This document shows, piece by piece, positions 10,235-21,699 of a stretch of DNA of 64,000 nucleotides. The translations under genes were made by a program, and so were the position numbers. The stretch lies in contig OZ219790.1 in assembly GCA_964291215.2 (NCBI GenBank), forward strand, positions 2,496,001-2,560,000, written 5' to 3'. Within the stretch, counting starts at the first letter, position 1. Every line of letters begins with the position of its first letter. Under the pieces are notes generated by a model. It saw only the letters and a list, made by a program, of their open reading frames with translations, was not told the DNA's origin and did not search any database. This DNA comes from Alphaproteobacteria bacterium. GTDB taxonomy: Bacteria > Pseudomonadota > Alphaproteobacteria > MPNO01 > UBA830.

Positions 10235-11836
10235 CTACCGGGCGACCGGCACGGGTTCGATTTCGCCACGGCGGTGCATCTCGATGATCTTGCGCTTGAG
10301 GATCTTGCCGCTCGCGGTCAGCGGGAAGTTCTCCATCCTCAGGAAGAATTCGGGCATGTCGTAGCGCGACAGGCCTTCGGCCTGGAGATGGCGGAGCATT
10401 TCGTACATGCTGATTGTACCGATGACCGCGAGGCAGGCCCGCTCGCCTAGGCGCTCGTCGGGTATCGGAAACGCCGCCGCCTTCTCGACCGCGGGGCTGC
10501 GCAGCGCCAGCGCCTCAATGTGGGCGGGGTAGATGTTGTGGCCGCCGCGGATGATGAGATCCTTGAGCCGCCCGGTGACGTAGAGATTACCGTCCGCGTC
10601 GACACGGCCGAGATCGCCGGAGAGGAAAAGGCCGTCGCGGTTGAAGCAGTTCTGGGTCTCTTCCTGGTTGCCGAAATACCCCAGAGTGAGCGCCGCCCCG
10701 CGGCCGGCGATCTGGCCCACGGCGCCGGGCTCCGCCGGCTGGTCCGGATCCTCGCGGTCGACGATCGTGACCTCGTAGGCGGGGCCGCCGCGACCGCAGC
10801 TGTGGATCCAGAGTTCGGGGTCGTCGTCGGGGTGGGTGTACTGGTGCGAGGAGTTCTCGGTCATGCCGTAGACGTTCTGGGGTTTGATCCCCTGTGCAAT
10901 GAGGGCCTCGCAGACTACCGGCGGGATCGCCGCGCCGGCCATGTAGAAGATCCGTACGTCGCCGAGTCGCGCGAGCCCGGCAGCGGCCTGTTCGGCGAGC
11001 ATGTCCATCGCGTGGGTGGGGACGCCGAGCACGTAGGTCGCGCCGGTCTCGACGATCCATTCGAGCCGGCTCATTCCCGGCGGCGGCGCGTCGATGATCA
11101 GCTCGCCGCCGCAGACCAGCCACTCCGCCGCTGCCACCCAGGCAATATGGTGCGACAGCGGGCTCAAGGTGAGGATGCGGGTACCGCTGTCGAGGCCCCA
11201 GTCGCGCACCATGTCGCGGGCGTTGGCGAGCAGCGTGTTGGCGGAATGCATTACGCATTTGGGCGGTCCGGTAGTTCCCGAGGTGAAGGCGAGATAGGTA
11301 ACCCGGTCGGGATCGGTCTCTGCCGGCTGCTTGGGCGGCGCCCCGGCCGTCGGGAAGGAGTCGGGGGTGAGGACCTTACGGAGCGTCGGCAGCGATGCGA
11401 GCTCGGCCTCGATATCGCCGTTGCGGCGGTCCGACCCCCAGCCGGGCTCGGTCAGCAGTACCGCCGCGTCGATGCGGCGCAACAGCTCGCCGATCTCGGC
11501 GCAGGCGTGGGTGCGGTGGAGCGACGGGTTGACGGCATAGCCGCCGCGCGAGCAGGTGAGGAAGGCGAGCACCGGTTCAACGCGGTTTGACATCCAGATC
11601 GACACCCGGTCTCCCGGCACGAGGCCGAGCTCGAGCAGCGCCCCCGCGAAGATGTCGACTTGCTCCTTGATCTCGCGCCAGGTCAGCGCGAGCGCGCCGT
11701 CGCGGTAGGCAGGGTCTTCGGGGCGCGCGGCGGCGTGCGTCGCCAGCAGGCTGTAGACGGTGTCGTCCGTCCACAGGCCGCGACGGTAATAGTCCCGGGC
11801 GTGGCCGGGCTGATGCAGCGTGAGGAACGGGCGCAT
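10235..11836 (-). CDS. AMP-forming acyl-CoA synthetase (cyclohexanecarboxylate-CoA ligase-like)
   Basis: FTSGTTGPPK, YGMTE, SGDLG, GRLKDLIIRGG, TASGKI. Confidence 0.92.
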   Translation of the reverse strand: MRPFLTLHQPGHARDYYRRGLWTDDTVYSLLATHAAARPEDPAYRDGALALTWREIKEQVDIFAGALLELGLVPGDRVSIWMSNRVEPVLAFLTCSRGGYAVNPSLHRTHACAEIGELLRRIDAAVLLTEPGWGSDRRNGDIEAELASLPTLRKVLTPDSFPTAGAPPKQPAETDPDRVTYLAFTSGTTGPPKCVMHSANTLLANARDMVRDWGLDSGTRILTLSPLSHHIAWVAAAEWLVCGGELIIDAPPPGMSRLEWIVETGATYVLGVPTHAMDMLAEQAAAGLARLGDVRIFYMAGAAIPPVVCEALIAQGIKPQNVYGMTENSSHQYTHPDDDPELWIHSCGRGGPAYEVTIVDREDPDQPAEPGAVGQIAGRGAALTLGYFGNQEETQNCFNRDGLFLSGDLGRVDADGNLYVTGRLKDLIIRGGHNIYPAHIEALALRSPAVEKAAAFPIPDERLGERACLAVIGTISMYEMLRHLQAEGLSRYDMPEFFLRMENFPLTASGKILKRKIIEMHRRGEIEPVPVAR

Positions 11837-11966
11837 GGTGAAATCCGGAAGGCTCGGTGGGCGGCTCTGCGGCGTGGTGTCGGGTCAGACGCGGTTATAT
11901 ACCAGCCGCGGCGGCGCGGCACCTGCCGGGTGGTCTCCGTTGTCCCGCGGAGCGGGGTCGCGGATC

Positions 11967-12480
11967 TTACAGCGATGCGAGGAAACCGCTGAGCGTGTCC
12001 TCGAAGGCGTGGGGGGGGGGGGGGGGGGGGCGATGTTGCAGATATGCCCGGCGCCGGGGCAGCGAGACTTGGCGGCCGTCCTGTACCGATCGCGCCAGCT
12101 CGTCCATGACGGTCGGCGGCCCGCAGACGGCATCGAGCCCACCCGAGACGAACAGCGCCGGCATCGCAAGCTCGCAGAGGTGGTCGCCGAAACCGACGGT
12201 GAGAAGCGCCCGGATACAGCCGTGATAGCCGTCGAGCGAGGTGCGCAGGATCATTTCGCGGATGCCCTTTATGCGCTCCGGGTTTGCGTCGCGCCAAGCC
12301 TCCGGAAATCAGCGCCCGGCAGTGATGTCGGCGATCGCGGCGATGCCCCCCGGCGGTCGATTTTTCGATCATCGCGGCCCAGATGCCGGAATATTTCGGA
12401 ACTAGCTCGACCCGGCAGGCGGCGGGCACGAGGGCGCTGACGCGTTCGGGATGGGCAGGCGCGGTGGCGACCGCGGTCAT
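11967..12480 (-). pseudogene. Alpha/beta hydrolase (PcaD-like) remnant with a G20 tract
   Basis: Nucleophile-elbow-like SVGLGGM, ILRTSLDGYHGCIRAL..PALFVSGGLD, GHICNI. Several frameshifts; G20 at 12011-12030. Confidence 0.55.
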
Positions 12481-12942
12481 GCCCCCGAGGCCGACGGAGT
12501 GTGAACGTCTGATGCTGAACGCGTCTTAGGAGTTTGCGCCGTAAGGCGCCATGAGGATAAGCGAATCCTCCAGAGTCTCAACAACCGCATTTTTTGCGCG
12601 GGCGCTGTTGGCCTTTGGGTCGCGGGACGGCTCGGCTCAAGAAGGCTCGAATCGACCCTTGATCCACCCGTGGCCGCGCGGAATCCTAGTCATGCGGCTG
12701 CCAAACAGCCGCACATCCTCTTGATGTTCAATGCCAGACGCACCAGCACGCCTTGTCAAGGCCGCGTACGCCGAATCGTTGAAATCCCAGCGCCTGCTTG
12801 CCGATCGGCGCAAGCCACTTGCGCTCGGCGTATCGCGCGTGGCCCGACTCCGTCGCCAGCTTCGCCGCCATGCGCGCCCTCGCCGGATACTTGCGCGCAT
12901 CCGCTGGAGTCTTGCGACGGCCCTCCCGACCCAACACCACAT

Positions 12943-13448
12943 GGGTGCAGTTCTCGTATGGCGCATACAAGTCATTGATTTAACACGGTTGTGCGGTCGC
13001 GAGACAGCGGCGAAAACGGGTTTTCGTGGCAATCGCCCGTTTCAGGACAGGATTTTGTCACGACCCCCGCGGCATCGACAGGGGGATCCAGGCGCTGCGC
13101 CACCTTCGCGGCGCCAACGGGCCGACAGGGAACTGTCCTTCTTCCGCAAGCATCGCCACCGCATGCGCTACCACGCGCTGAAGCAACCGGCTCGGGAATT
13201 GTCGAGGCGGCAAACAAGACCCTTGTCACACAGCGCATGAAACGCTCCGGCATGCGCTGGCGCATCGTCGGCGGACAATCACCTTCCGCGCCCTGCTCGA
13301 CCGCTTCGAGAGCGCATGGACGGCCATGATCGGTGCAGACGACGCACCAGCCAACGACAACATCAGCCCAAATCACACCCCGGCACTGGCCGCATGAGAT
13401 GAACAAATGGTACTGAGCCTGCAACCGTGCCATACGAGACTCTCACCC
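12943..13448 (+). mobile_element. Non-autonomous ISKra4-family derivative (506-bp MITE-like)
   Basis: IRs GGGTGCAGTTCTCGTATGGC and GCCATACGAGACTCTCACCC; 8-bp TSD CACCACAT; internal remnant GSGIVEAANKTLVTQRMKRSGMRW. Confidence 0.85.
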
Positions 13449-13670
13449 CACCACATGGCCGCCTACCCCGAACGCCCCCCGAGCTCATTGCAGCACCCCG
13501 CGTCCGCCAACACCGGACGCTTCCCATGGATCGCTTGCAACTTATGCAACGGCTTCACCAACTGTCCCTGGTCGCTGGCGTTCGAAGATACCCGCGTCGA
13601 GACGGTCACCACCGCCAACTGCGCATTGTAGCACTGCTGATACCCTTCCGCAGAGGCCTTCCGGCGGATC

Positions 13671-13845
13671 CCAGGACCATTCTGTTGTCGCGATCGGCGG
13701 CGGACAACCGTGTCAGAGTGGCCGTTCTTGAAGTTGGTGGCATCGTCTCAAGGCCGGAACCGGCATATCGACAACGAAATCCGCTCCCGAATGGACCTCC
13801 AGATCTGCCTACAACGTCCCCTCGTCGGACGAAACCGGACAAAAG
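13671..13845 (+). repeat. Approximately 170-bp dispersed repeat (probable IS end), copy 1
   Basis: Begins CCAGGACCATTCTGTTGTCGCGATCGG; similar copy at 19061-19235. Confidence 0.7.
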
Positions 13846-14292
13846 AAGAGCCCTGCGGCGGATCCGTGAAATTGTCCTGCGCCTTCTCCTCGGGTTCCCC
13901 ATACGCCCGCTTGTAGCGCTGCCCGCCTTTCGGATTGCGCTCTTCGCCGGGGCCCCGGGCGTCGCCCGCCTCGCGCGCACGCGCCTTGATGCGGCCGCAT
14001 GAATCGCCGTCAACCGATCCTCCCGGCGACGCAACTCCCTCGGCAACTCGTCGCCCCGATACGCCTTCCCAAAGCGCTCGTCCTCCGATTCGTCTTCCGC
14101 CCGCGCGCGATTCAGCAACGAAATCCTTTCCAAGCTGTATTCGATCTTGCCGACTGCTGATGGAGGGAGGTACACAGGCCCAACTCTGCCGGTTTTTTGG
14201 CTGCGGGGCCGTCCACGGGTCGCCACAGTCGGAAAACCCGGCAAGAATGCGGAAATTTGTGACCCGTTCAGCGGTTATTTAAAACATCAACC

Positions 14293-17200
14293 GTAACTGC
14301 TCACCCCCTGGTTCCGGCTTGATGTCGGGGTAGAGCAACGAACGGGTTTTCGTGGAGATTTGACACTGCATGCCGATTCGCTTAGTGGTGGTCATCGAGA
14401 ACGACGGGGACCCCCAGTGGGCTACTTTGGATCGAAGGCGACGAGCGGGCTGTGCCAGCTGATTCCGGGGCTCCGCATGATCTGTATGTGGAAACGCATT
14501 TCGGAGGCGGCGCGCTGATGAAGCGCAAGGCCGGGTGATGGCGACGGGCGGCGCGCGAGGAGTTCGAAGCGGCCAAGGCGCTGCGTGCGGCCGGCAAGGT
14601 GGCGGAAGAGGCCGTGATCCGCGTCTTCGTCATCCTGCTCGACATCCTCATCGTCGTCCTTCTGGAGAAGACCACGCACGAGCCGGAACTCCGGTCTGCC
14701 GCCGTCACAGACGGACAAGAGCGTGCCGGGAGCAAGGGCCCGAAGCCGAACCGGCAGATGGGCGACAACCTGCGCAAGATCATCGTCGAGGAGACGGTCG
14801 CGGCCTGCGACGCCTGCGGCGCTGACATCGACGGCCCCGTCGATCGGAAGCGCCGCACGACATCGTGTTCGAGGTCGTCGAGCGCCGCGCCGAGATCAAG
14901 GAATGCCCGAAGTGCAAGGCCCGGGGCCGGTTCCCCGAAAACATCCCGTGCAGTACGGCATCGGCATCCAAGCCCTCGTCATCAACCTGCTGGTCGCCCA
15001 GATGCTGTCCCTGCGCCGTCGCGCTCGTGCAGGCGATCTCCGGCATCAAGCTCTCCGAGGCCTCGGCTATGCTTTCACGATGCGTCATGGGAGGAGGCCG
15101 CCGTGGCGCACCTCCTGCAACGCCCGATGTCGATGATTTCGGATCAACAGCGAGTGGCTCCATGTCATCACTGACGGGACCCTGACGTGCAAGTTCCCGC
15201 ACCGCAAGCGCGGGCAAGAGATCGGCATCATCCCGTGCTACAAGGGCGTCCTGGGCCTCGTACATGGGCCAGTGTAGCCACCAGCTGTGCGGTAGCCACC
15301 TGCTGCGCGAACTGACCTTTGTCGTCGAGGCTACCGCGCGACTGATGAAGAGCCTGCTCCGCGAGGTCTGCCACAAGATCAACAAGAGCGCATCCAAGAC
15401 CCTGAACGACGCCGGGCGCAAGCGCTACCGCACCATCAGGGCGCCAGGGAACTGCCCGACATCCCGCCGAAAGGAAAACGTGGACGCAAGTCCGACGCGC
15501 ACAACCTGCACGAACGTCTCGTGAAACACGAAAACCTGCACTTCATAGACGACCATCGCGGTAGGGAACCGGGTTACCCCGGTCCCCCCGCACAGAACCG
15601 GACGTGCGCTGTTCGCATCCGGCTCCTCCCCTGACGACAAGGCGCTGGTTTGGCCACGGATGCTGGCTCAGTGGGCAGCGGTGAGGGTGTCTACGTCCCC
15701 GGTGAAGTCCTTTTGGGAGCGTCGCCGAAGGGCACGCATGAGCAGCTGTTTGCATTGGTGTATGAACTTCTGCAGGCTGCTTCCTGGAACGGCGTAGTAG
15801 CAGCCGTTGATAACTCACCACTTGGCCGTTTCGTGCCGGTTATCGTGCCACCGCCTGCGCAAGGCCTCCTTGATCCGCCGCAGGGTGCCCGTTTGCGAGA
15901 TGGACCGACCCTGAACCTGCCTTTCCTCGTCTGTTCGCAGAAGTGCGTCATGCCGAGGAAGTCGAACGTCTTGCCCTGCTTCCGGCGGTTTGCTCTGGCA
16001 AACCGACCGAACTCGATGATTTTCCGGGTGCAGTTCAAGTGGGCCAGTCTCTCCCCAAGGTCTCAGCGCCGCGCGTCGCCCAGATGCTGAAAGCCGCACA
16101 CGAAGTCATCCGCATAGCGGACAATGATCGTGTCGCCTCCAGCCATCCGCTTGCGCCAGTGGTTCTGGAACCAGTCATCGAGCACGTAGTGCAGGTAGAC
16201 GTTCGCAAGGCATGGCGATACAATCGCCCCTTGCGGTGTTCCCTTGCCCGTATCCGACCAGTCGGTCCCTTCCATGACGCCGGCGTTCAGCCACTTGATG
16301 ATCAGACCCCCCGATCCGTTTCCCGAGCATCGCGACCAGATGGTCGCGGTCGAGATTGTCGAAGAACCCACGGGCGTCAACGATCCAGTTGACCTTCCGC
16401 CGTTCCACCGTGACGGCATCGAGCGCATGATGCGTCCCGCGCCCTGGCCGGAAGCCGTAACTAAACCCGAGGAACTCCGTCTCGCGGCACCAGAATCACA
16501 CCGCCCGCTGAAGAATCTTGTCCGAGGCAATGCCAAGCGGTCGTTGCCCTCCATCCTCCTTGGGTATGTAAACCCCGGAGGCGCCCGGTACGCACCCCTG
16601 TGCACACGGGCGTGCAGGTCAACCAGTTCCACACCCTCCGCATACGCTTGCCACACAACGCCCCGCCGCCGCGTCCTTCCTCAAGGAATGGAACGCATCG
16701 TGCAGAGCGTCGACCGTCACGTAGTGGAGTAGCGCCACAAGACGCTCTTCCGGGTTCCTCTTCGCTACCTGCGTTCAGCCGCCTGTGACCCCCGCTTCTG
16801 CGCGCGGCGCGGGCCAACCGCATTGCCCTTGGCCTTCCCTCCAGCAACTCCGCAGGCTCCGAAGAACCCTTGTTCGCCGCCTTCAACGGTACTATGGCCG
16901 AATCTGACTTCTCGTTCATCATCGGTTTACGGATTAGTTCCTTTCCTCTGCGGCCCCTCCACGACAGAGGGGCAAGACCTCCCAGGTCCCTGCTTCGGCC
17001 ATGGTTCTCGGACCCCGCGGAGTTCCCCTCACCAACGCGGCTCGTTGCCTTCGGCCACGACCTCGGCACTCCGGTTTCAAAGCATCTCGTGGCTCAATAG
17101 CCTGCCGCTCCCCAACGCTTCGCCTGGCGACGCATGGTTCACGGAGAAAGTGGTGGTTAGCCTCTCTCGGGACTTGCACCCGGCCACATTCCACCAGTTT

Positions 17201-17451
17201 GCCTGGCGCACCCGACGTCAGCTTCACCAACAATGCCGGAGAACAGAAAATCAGGATGGCAAAGGTCAAGGTGTCTGGATGCTTCCGCTCCACGCAAAAG
17301 CATGGTGCCGGGGCTCAAGCTACCTCACCTCCATGGCCGCACTTGGCTACAATCATCACGTCGCCACCCAGATCGCCCTCGACGGAAAAGCCGCAGACAT
17401 CATCAACGAGCACTATGGCCAATCAGAACCCAACAAGGGGTGAGTAGATAC
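14293..17451 (+). mobile_element. IS66-family element type B, copy 1: degenerate, methyltransferase remnant, contains group II intron
   Basis: IRs GTAACTGCTCACCCC and GGGGTGAGTAGATAC; perfect 8-bp TSD CATCAACC; remnants VGYFGSKATSGLCQ..ETHFGGGALMKRK, CGSHLLREL, FTNNAGEQKIRMAKVK. Confidence 0.9.
15555..17211 (-). mobile_element. Group II intron with decayed RT/maturase, inserted antisense in the IS66 transposase
   Basis: 5' GTGCG at 17211. Domain V/VI GAGCCGGATGCG..CACGTCCGGTTCTGTGCGGGGGG..CCTACCGCGAT ending at 15555. RT motifs GTPQGAIVSP, RYADDF, FDFLG. Removing it restores the empty-site sequence seen in other copies. Confidence 0.92.
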
Positions 17452-17578
17452 CATCAACCACAGCGTGGGAAAGTCCTGCCTTCCCGCGCGTCGTCGATTG
17501 TACCGTCGCCGAAAACCCTTTAATTTTGGGGGCGTGGCGCGATCGCACCTTCTGAGCGTACAGGGGTTCAATCAGGCA

Positions 17579-18121
17579 ATGACGGCATCAGGCGACGGCG
17601 GGCATAGCTCTGTCCGATGGTCAGAGGACATCTTCTCGGCACTCAAGGACTGCGAAATCAGTCAAGTGAGCTTCGTGCCCGACGCCGGGCACGCACGGCT
17701 GATCGATTGCTGCCTCGACGACAACATGATCAAGACGACGCGGCTCACAACGGAGCAAGAGGGTGTCGCGCTGGCGCTTGGCGCCTGGCTCGGCGGCGAG
17801 CGCAGCACACTCCTGATGCAGTCCTCGGGCGTCGGCAACTGCATCAACATGCTGTCGATCCTCCACGAGACGCGATCGCCGTTCCTCATGGTGGTTACCA
17901 TGCGGGGCGAATGGGGCGAATTCAACCCGTGGCAGGTTCCCATGGGCCAGAGCACGGCCGCGGTTCTCCGGGAGACCGGCGCGATCGTCTATGAGGTGGA
18001 CGAAGAAGGCAAGATCGGCGAGACCGTCGAGGCGGCGGCACGGATCGCGTTCGGATCGAGCCGCGTCGTCGCCGTCCTGATCGGTCAGCGTGTGGTTGGC
18101 TACAAGAACTGGCGCAAGTGA
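17579..18121 (+). CDS. Sulfopyruvate/phosphonopyruvate decarboxylase alpha subunit (ComD-like)
   Basis: FVPDAGH, TTEQEGVALALGAWLGG, LLMQSSGVGNCIN, MRGEWGEFNPWQVPMG. Confidence 0.88.
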   Translation: MTASGDGGHSSVRWSEDIFSALKDCEISQVSFVPDAGHARLIDCCLDDNMIKTTRLTTEQEGVALALGAWLGGERSTLLMQSSGVGNCINMLSILHETRSPFLMVVTMRGEWGEFNPWQVPMGQSTAAVLRETGAIVYEVDEEGKIGETVEAAARIAFGSSRVVAVLIGQRVVGYKNWRK

Positions 18122-18217
18122 TGGCGGTCGGGGACAGCCGGCGCCGGCTGGGCCGCGGACCGGGGACGGGCGCCGTCGTGTGGAGGGTGTCCCGTGGTGG
18201 GTGAGCCGGGCGCCGCC

Positions 18218-18799
18218 ATGCTCGGGCGTCGCGACGTGGTGGCGCGCATCCTCAGGGACCGCGGGGACACGCTTCTCGTGACCGGCCTCGGTTCGACGAC
18301 ATGGGACGCTGCTGCGGCCGGCGATCATCCCGGCAACTTCTATCTCTGGGGCGGCATGGGCGGCGCTGCCATGACCGGTCTCGGCCTTGCCCGGGCGCAG
18401 CCGGGACGGCGCGTCCTGGTGATCACCGGCGACGGCGAGATGCTAATGGGGCTCGGCAGCCTGGCGACGATCGCGGTGGCGGCGCCCTCTAATCTCGCGA
18501 TCTGCGTGATCGACAACCAGCATTACGGTGAGACCGGCATGCAGGAAACTCATACTGGCCACGGCGCCGATCTCGCCGGCATGGCCGCGGCCGCCGGTAT
18601 CGCTGCCTGTGCGACGGTGTGGATCGCGGACGAGCTGGAGGCGGCGGTGCCGCTGCTGCATGCCGAGCCTGGGCCGGTGTTCGTCGCGGTCAAGGTCACC
18701 ACCGACCCGGTGCCGATGGTGCTGCCCGAGCGTGACGGCACTGCGATCCGGGTGCGCTTCCGCGAAGCTCTGCTCAGCGTCGCGGCGGCGGACGGGTAG
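18218..18799 (+). CDS. Sulfopyruvate/phosphonopyruvate decarboxylase beta subunit (ComE-like, ThDP-binding)
   Basis: FYLWGGMG, TGDGEMLMGLGSL, DNQHYGETGMQ. Confidence 0.88.
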   Translation: MLGRRDVVARILRDRGDTLLVTGLGSTTWDAAAAGDHPGNFYLWGGMGGAAMTGLGLARAQPGRRVLVITGDGEMLMGLGSLATIAVAAPSNLAICVIDNQHYGETGMQETHTGHGADLAGMAAAAGIAACATVWIADELEAAVPLLHAEPGPVFVAVKVTTDPVPMVLPERDGTAIRVRFREALLSVAAADG

Positions 18800-18860
18800 G
18801 GCCGCGCCCGGCGCCGGTTTGCCGGCGCGGTGCGGCAGGACAGGATACGGGAGGCAGGAG

Positions 18861-19062
18861 ATGGAAGGCAGTGCCGGAGCACTCGCCCGCTACCGCATGT
18901 TCATCGGCGGCGAATGGGCCGATGCCGCTCCGGCCTGGATGTTCGAATCCTTCAACCTCTACACGGCGCGGCCGTGGGCGGAAGTGCCGGAAGGTGGCGT
19001 CGACCATCTCGCGGAGATCGAGGTCCGCGACAACGGCAAGCTGATCGCCGAGATGAGTGCCC
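18861..19062 (+). pseudogene. Aldehyde dehydrogenase N-terminal fragment
   Basis: YRMFIGGEW..FESFN..LAEIEVRDNGKLIAEM; truncated by the repeat at 19061. Confidence 0.75.
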
Positions 19063-19235
19063 AGGACCATTCTGTTGTCGCGATCGGTGGCGGCCAACCG
19101 CGGCAGAGTGGCCGTTCTTGAAGTTGGTGGCATCTTCTCAAGGTCGGAACCGACATATCGATAACGAAATCCGCTCTCGAATGGACCTCTAGATCTGCCT
19201 ACAACGCCCCTCGTCGGACGAAACACGACAAAACA
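19061..19235 (+). repeat. Approximately 170-bp dispersed repeat (probable IS end), copy 2
   Basis: Similar to 13671-13845. Confidence 0.7.
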
Positions 19236-19286
19236 CCGCTCATGCATGGGCAAAATCGTCTTCACGGCCTGTGAAGTTCCGGCCAG

Positions 19287-20526
19287 TAGTCTTACATTAT
19301 TGGATTGACGGATATAGAGACTTCAGTTTCGTCCGGGCATCCTTCGTCGTGAAACGCCAGTCGACAGTGACATCGGCCGCATTGCGCCGTTCCACCCACG
19401 CCGCCGTCTCCCGCAGCATGGTGTCGCGGTCGGGAATGCGTCGCCGAAGGCATTGCCGCGACAGCGCACCGATCTCGATTTCAGCCATGTTGAGCCAGCT
19501 TCCGTGCTTCGGCGTGTAGCGAAACTCGAACCGCTTTCGTACCCGCCTCCTCGGGCTCGAAGGCTTCATACAGCGACTGTGCGTGTTAAGATTATCCAGC
19601 ACGATCTTTCTGTCGGGGAAATGGTCGTCGGCAAGCTCCCGGATGAAGTGTGCCCAGTCCCGCGGCGGTCGGTGACTTTCACCGTGCGCCAGTTCTCGTT
19701 GGGCGCAAAGGCCATGAAGAGGTTGGCCGTACCGTTGCGCTCATATTCATAGTCGACCACCTCCGGCTGACCGGGGGATGCGGGTTTCCTTCGTCTGCTG
19801 CCGGCTGGTCTCAGCACCTCGTCTCTGGCAAAGTCCCGCTGATAAATGTCAAGCATGTCCTCCATCGCCGCTACGAACTGTGCGCTCCGGTGCGGTGGAA
19901 TGCACCAGTACTGCTTCAGCCACGGCTTGATCTCTTTTTTTTAGCGTCTTCCTGACCGTCTCTTCCGAAATGCGCTCGACAATCTCCATCTCCACCAGAC
20001 GGCCGGCGAGCAGCTTCAGCGGGCACAGCCCTCGGGCGGGGACGAACAGGGCGATCAGCTTCGCCTCCATCGCCCCCGTTTCGGCCGGCGGTTCACCTGC
20101 TCCTTGCGGCTGAGGGCGGCGTCCAGCCCCTCCAGGACGCAGCGCTTGCGCAAGCGCTCAATCGTCGCCGTGCCGATGCCCAGCGCAATGTCGGCATCGA
20201 CAAGCGCCCCCTCAGCATCAGGACCTGTGCCCGGCGCCAGGCGGCCCCGGTGCCGTCGACGATCGCCTTCAAATCCTGGCGCTCCTGCGTTGAAAGGGTC
20301 ACGCGGTAGAGCTTCCTGCCCCGAGAGTTGGCCATATGCGCCGCTCCTGTCATTGCGCCGAAGACCTGCGGGCATGCCCGTTGTCCGGACCTGCACATGG
20401 GGCTGCGACTGCCTGCCTGTTCGGCATCTTGCCCGTGTGGATATCGACACTGTCCGGATTCCAACGGATGCCGACACAGGAATACTACCCACCAAAAACC
20501 ATCAATACAATGCCGGTGTAATACTA
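19287..20526 (-). mobile_element. IS630-family element, frameshifted
   Basis: TA-flanked short IRs (TAGTCTTACA / TGTAATACTA); DYEYERNGTANLF, LDNLNTH, YTPKHGSWLNMAEIEI. Confidence 0.88.
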
Positions 20527-21170
20527 GGCGACGAAGACGAAGTCGTCAATGGTCAGGGTGCCCACGCTCGTGCCGAGCAGCGTGATGGTGTCTCCCGCAT
20601 CGCCGTAGCCGATGACGGTATCGCGGCCGTCCTGGCGGATTTTTAGCGACTCGAAAGCGGCTTCGTCCGAGGTGTCGTCCGCAACGTTGAGGCGAAGCTG
20701 GATGACTTTTCTTCCCGAAGGCTCGAAACTGTTTGTGACGCTGTTGTAGGAAAGGAAGGTGAGGCCGAAATCCTCGATCGTGTCCTGCCCGTCGCCCTCG
20801 TGGAACACGAAGGTATCGGCCCCGAGTTGCCAGCCATGGTGTCGTTGCCCTTGTCGCCAACCATAGTGTTGTCGCCCCAGCTACCTTCCAGAGTATCGTT
20901 GCCGTCATCGCTGTAGAGTTTGCTGTTTCCCCCCGAGTTGGCATCCAGGGTGTCGTCGCCGGCCCCGCCATGGAGTTCGTCGTTTCCGCGGCCACCTTGC
21001 AGGTAGTCGTTGCCGGCTCCGCCGTGCGCAGCGGGTGCAGCGTGTCGCCTTCGACGCCGTAATCGAGCATGTCGCCGTACAGCCTGTCGTCGTCAGCCTC
21101 GCTGTGCAACGTGTTGTCGCCATCACCGCCGGTCAGCGTGTTCGCGTCCTTGCCGCTCTTCAGTACCTCC
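20524..21170 (-). pseudogene. RTX / hemolysin-type Ca-binding repeat protein, C-terminal fragment
   Basis: GGxGxD-like nonapeptide remnants, FHEGDGQDTIEDF, C-terminal TITLLG..LTIDDFVF type I secretion-like tail; frameshifted. Confidence 0.75.
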
Positions 21171-21179
21171 CCGCCAGCA

Positions 21180-21660
21180 GGCCCGCCGCTCGAGGCGTCG
21201 CCGGACGTGCCCTCCGGCGGCGCGGGTCAAGCGCGCGCGAGTTCCTGCGTCCGGTCGAGACCGGCGATCCAGCGGATGCTGTTCTTGCCCTCAGCTCGGC
21301 GGAAGTCCGCCTCAAACATCCCGAGCGGTCGGCGTTCACCGTCATGCCGACCGGATACCCGAGGCGCCCTTGCCGCCGATGTCGTCAAGGTCCGACGTTG
21401 CCGACAGGTCGTCGTAGTTCAGCGTGTCCTGCCAGCCGCGCGGCACAGCTCCACCGTCTGCTCGATGTGCGAATCCAGTATGTGCTCCATCCTCACCGCC
21501 TCGTTGGATAGCAACCGATAGGCCGCCGTTTGTTCCGCCACCCCGGGAAGATCGCCGGCAGGCGCTCGCTGAGGCGCCTCGCCCATCTGCATGACCCGGT
21601 GCCTGATCCTGCCGTGCGTGCTGCGGCCACACTCTCTCATCGCTCAATCCCCCTCACTGT
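21180..21660 (-). pseudogene. IS4-family (IS50-like) transposase 5' fragment
   Basis: AAYRLLSNEAVRMEHILDSHIEQT, QDTLNY. Confidence 0.7.
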
Positions 21661-21699
21661 ACAGCGACCCGGACCAGCCGAGAACTCGTTCCGGCTCGC

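Larger units (their letters stand above)
12637..14125 (-). pseudogene. IS1182-family transposase remnant, interrupted by other elements
   Basis: EDERFG..RGDELPRELRRREDRL, QDNFTDP, KLATESGHARYAERKW..KQALGFQRFGVRGL. Confidence 0.75.

Noticed and set aside
11967-12480. G20 tract as a phase-variation switch
   Set aside because: The gene has other frameshifts and is 5'-truncated, so tract length alone cannot restore it.
15630-16780. Reverse transcriptase as retron, DGR or defence RT
   Set aside because: It is flanked by canonical group II intron ends and domain V; no msr/msd or TR/VR pair was seen.
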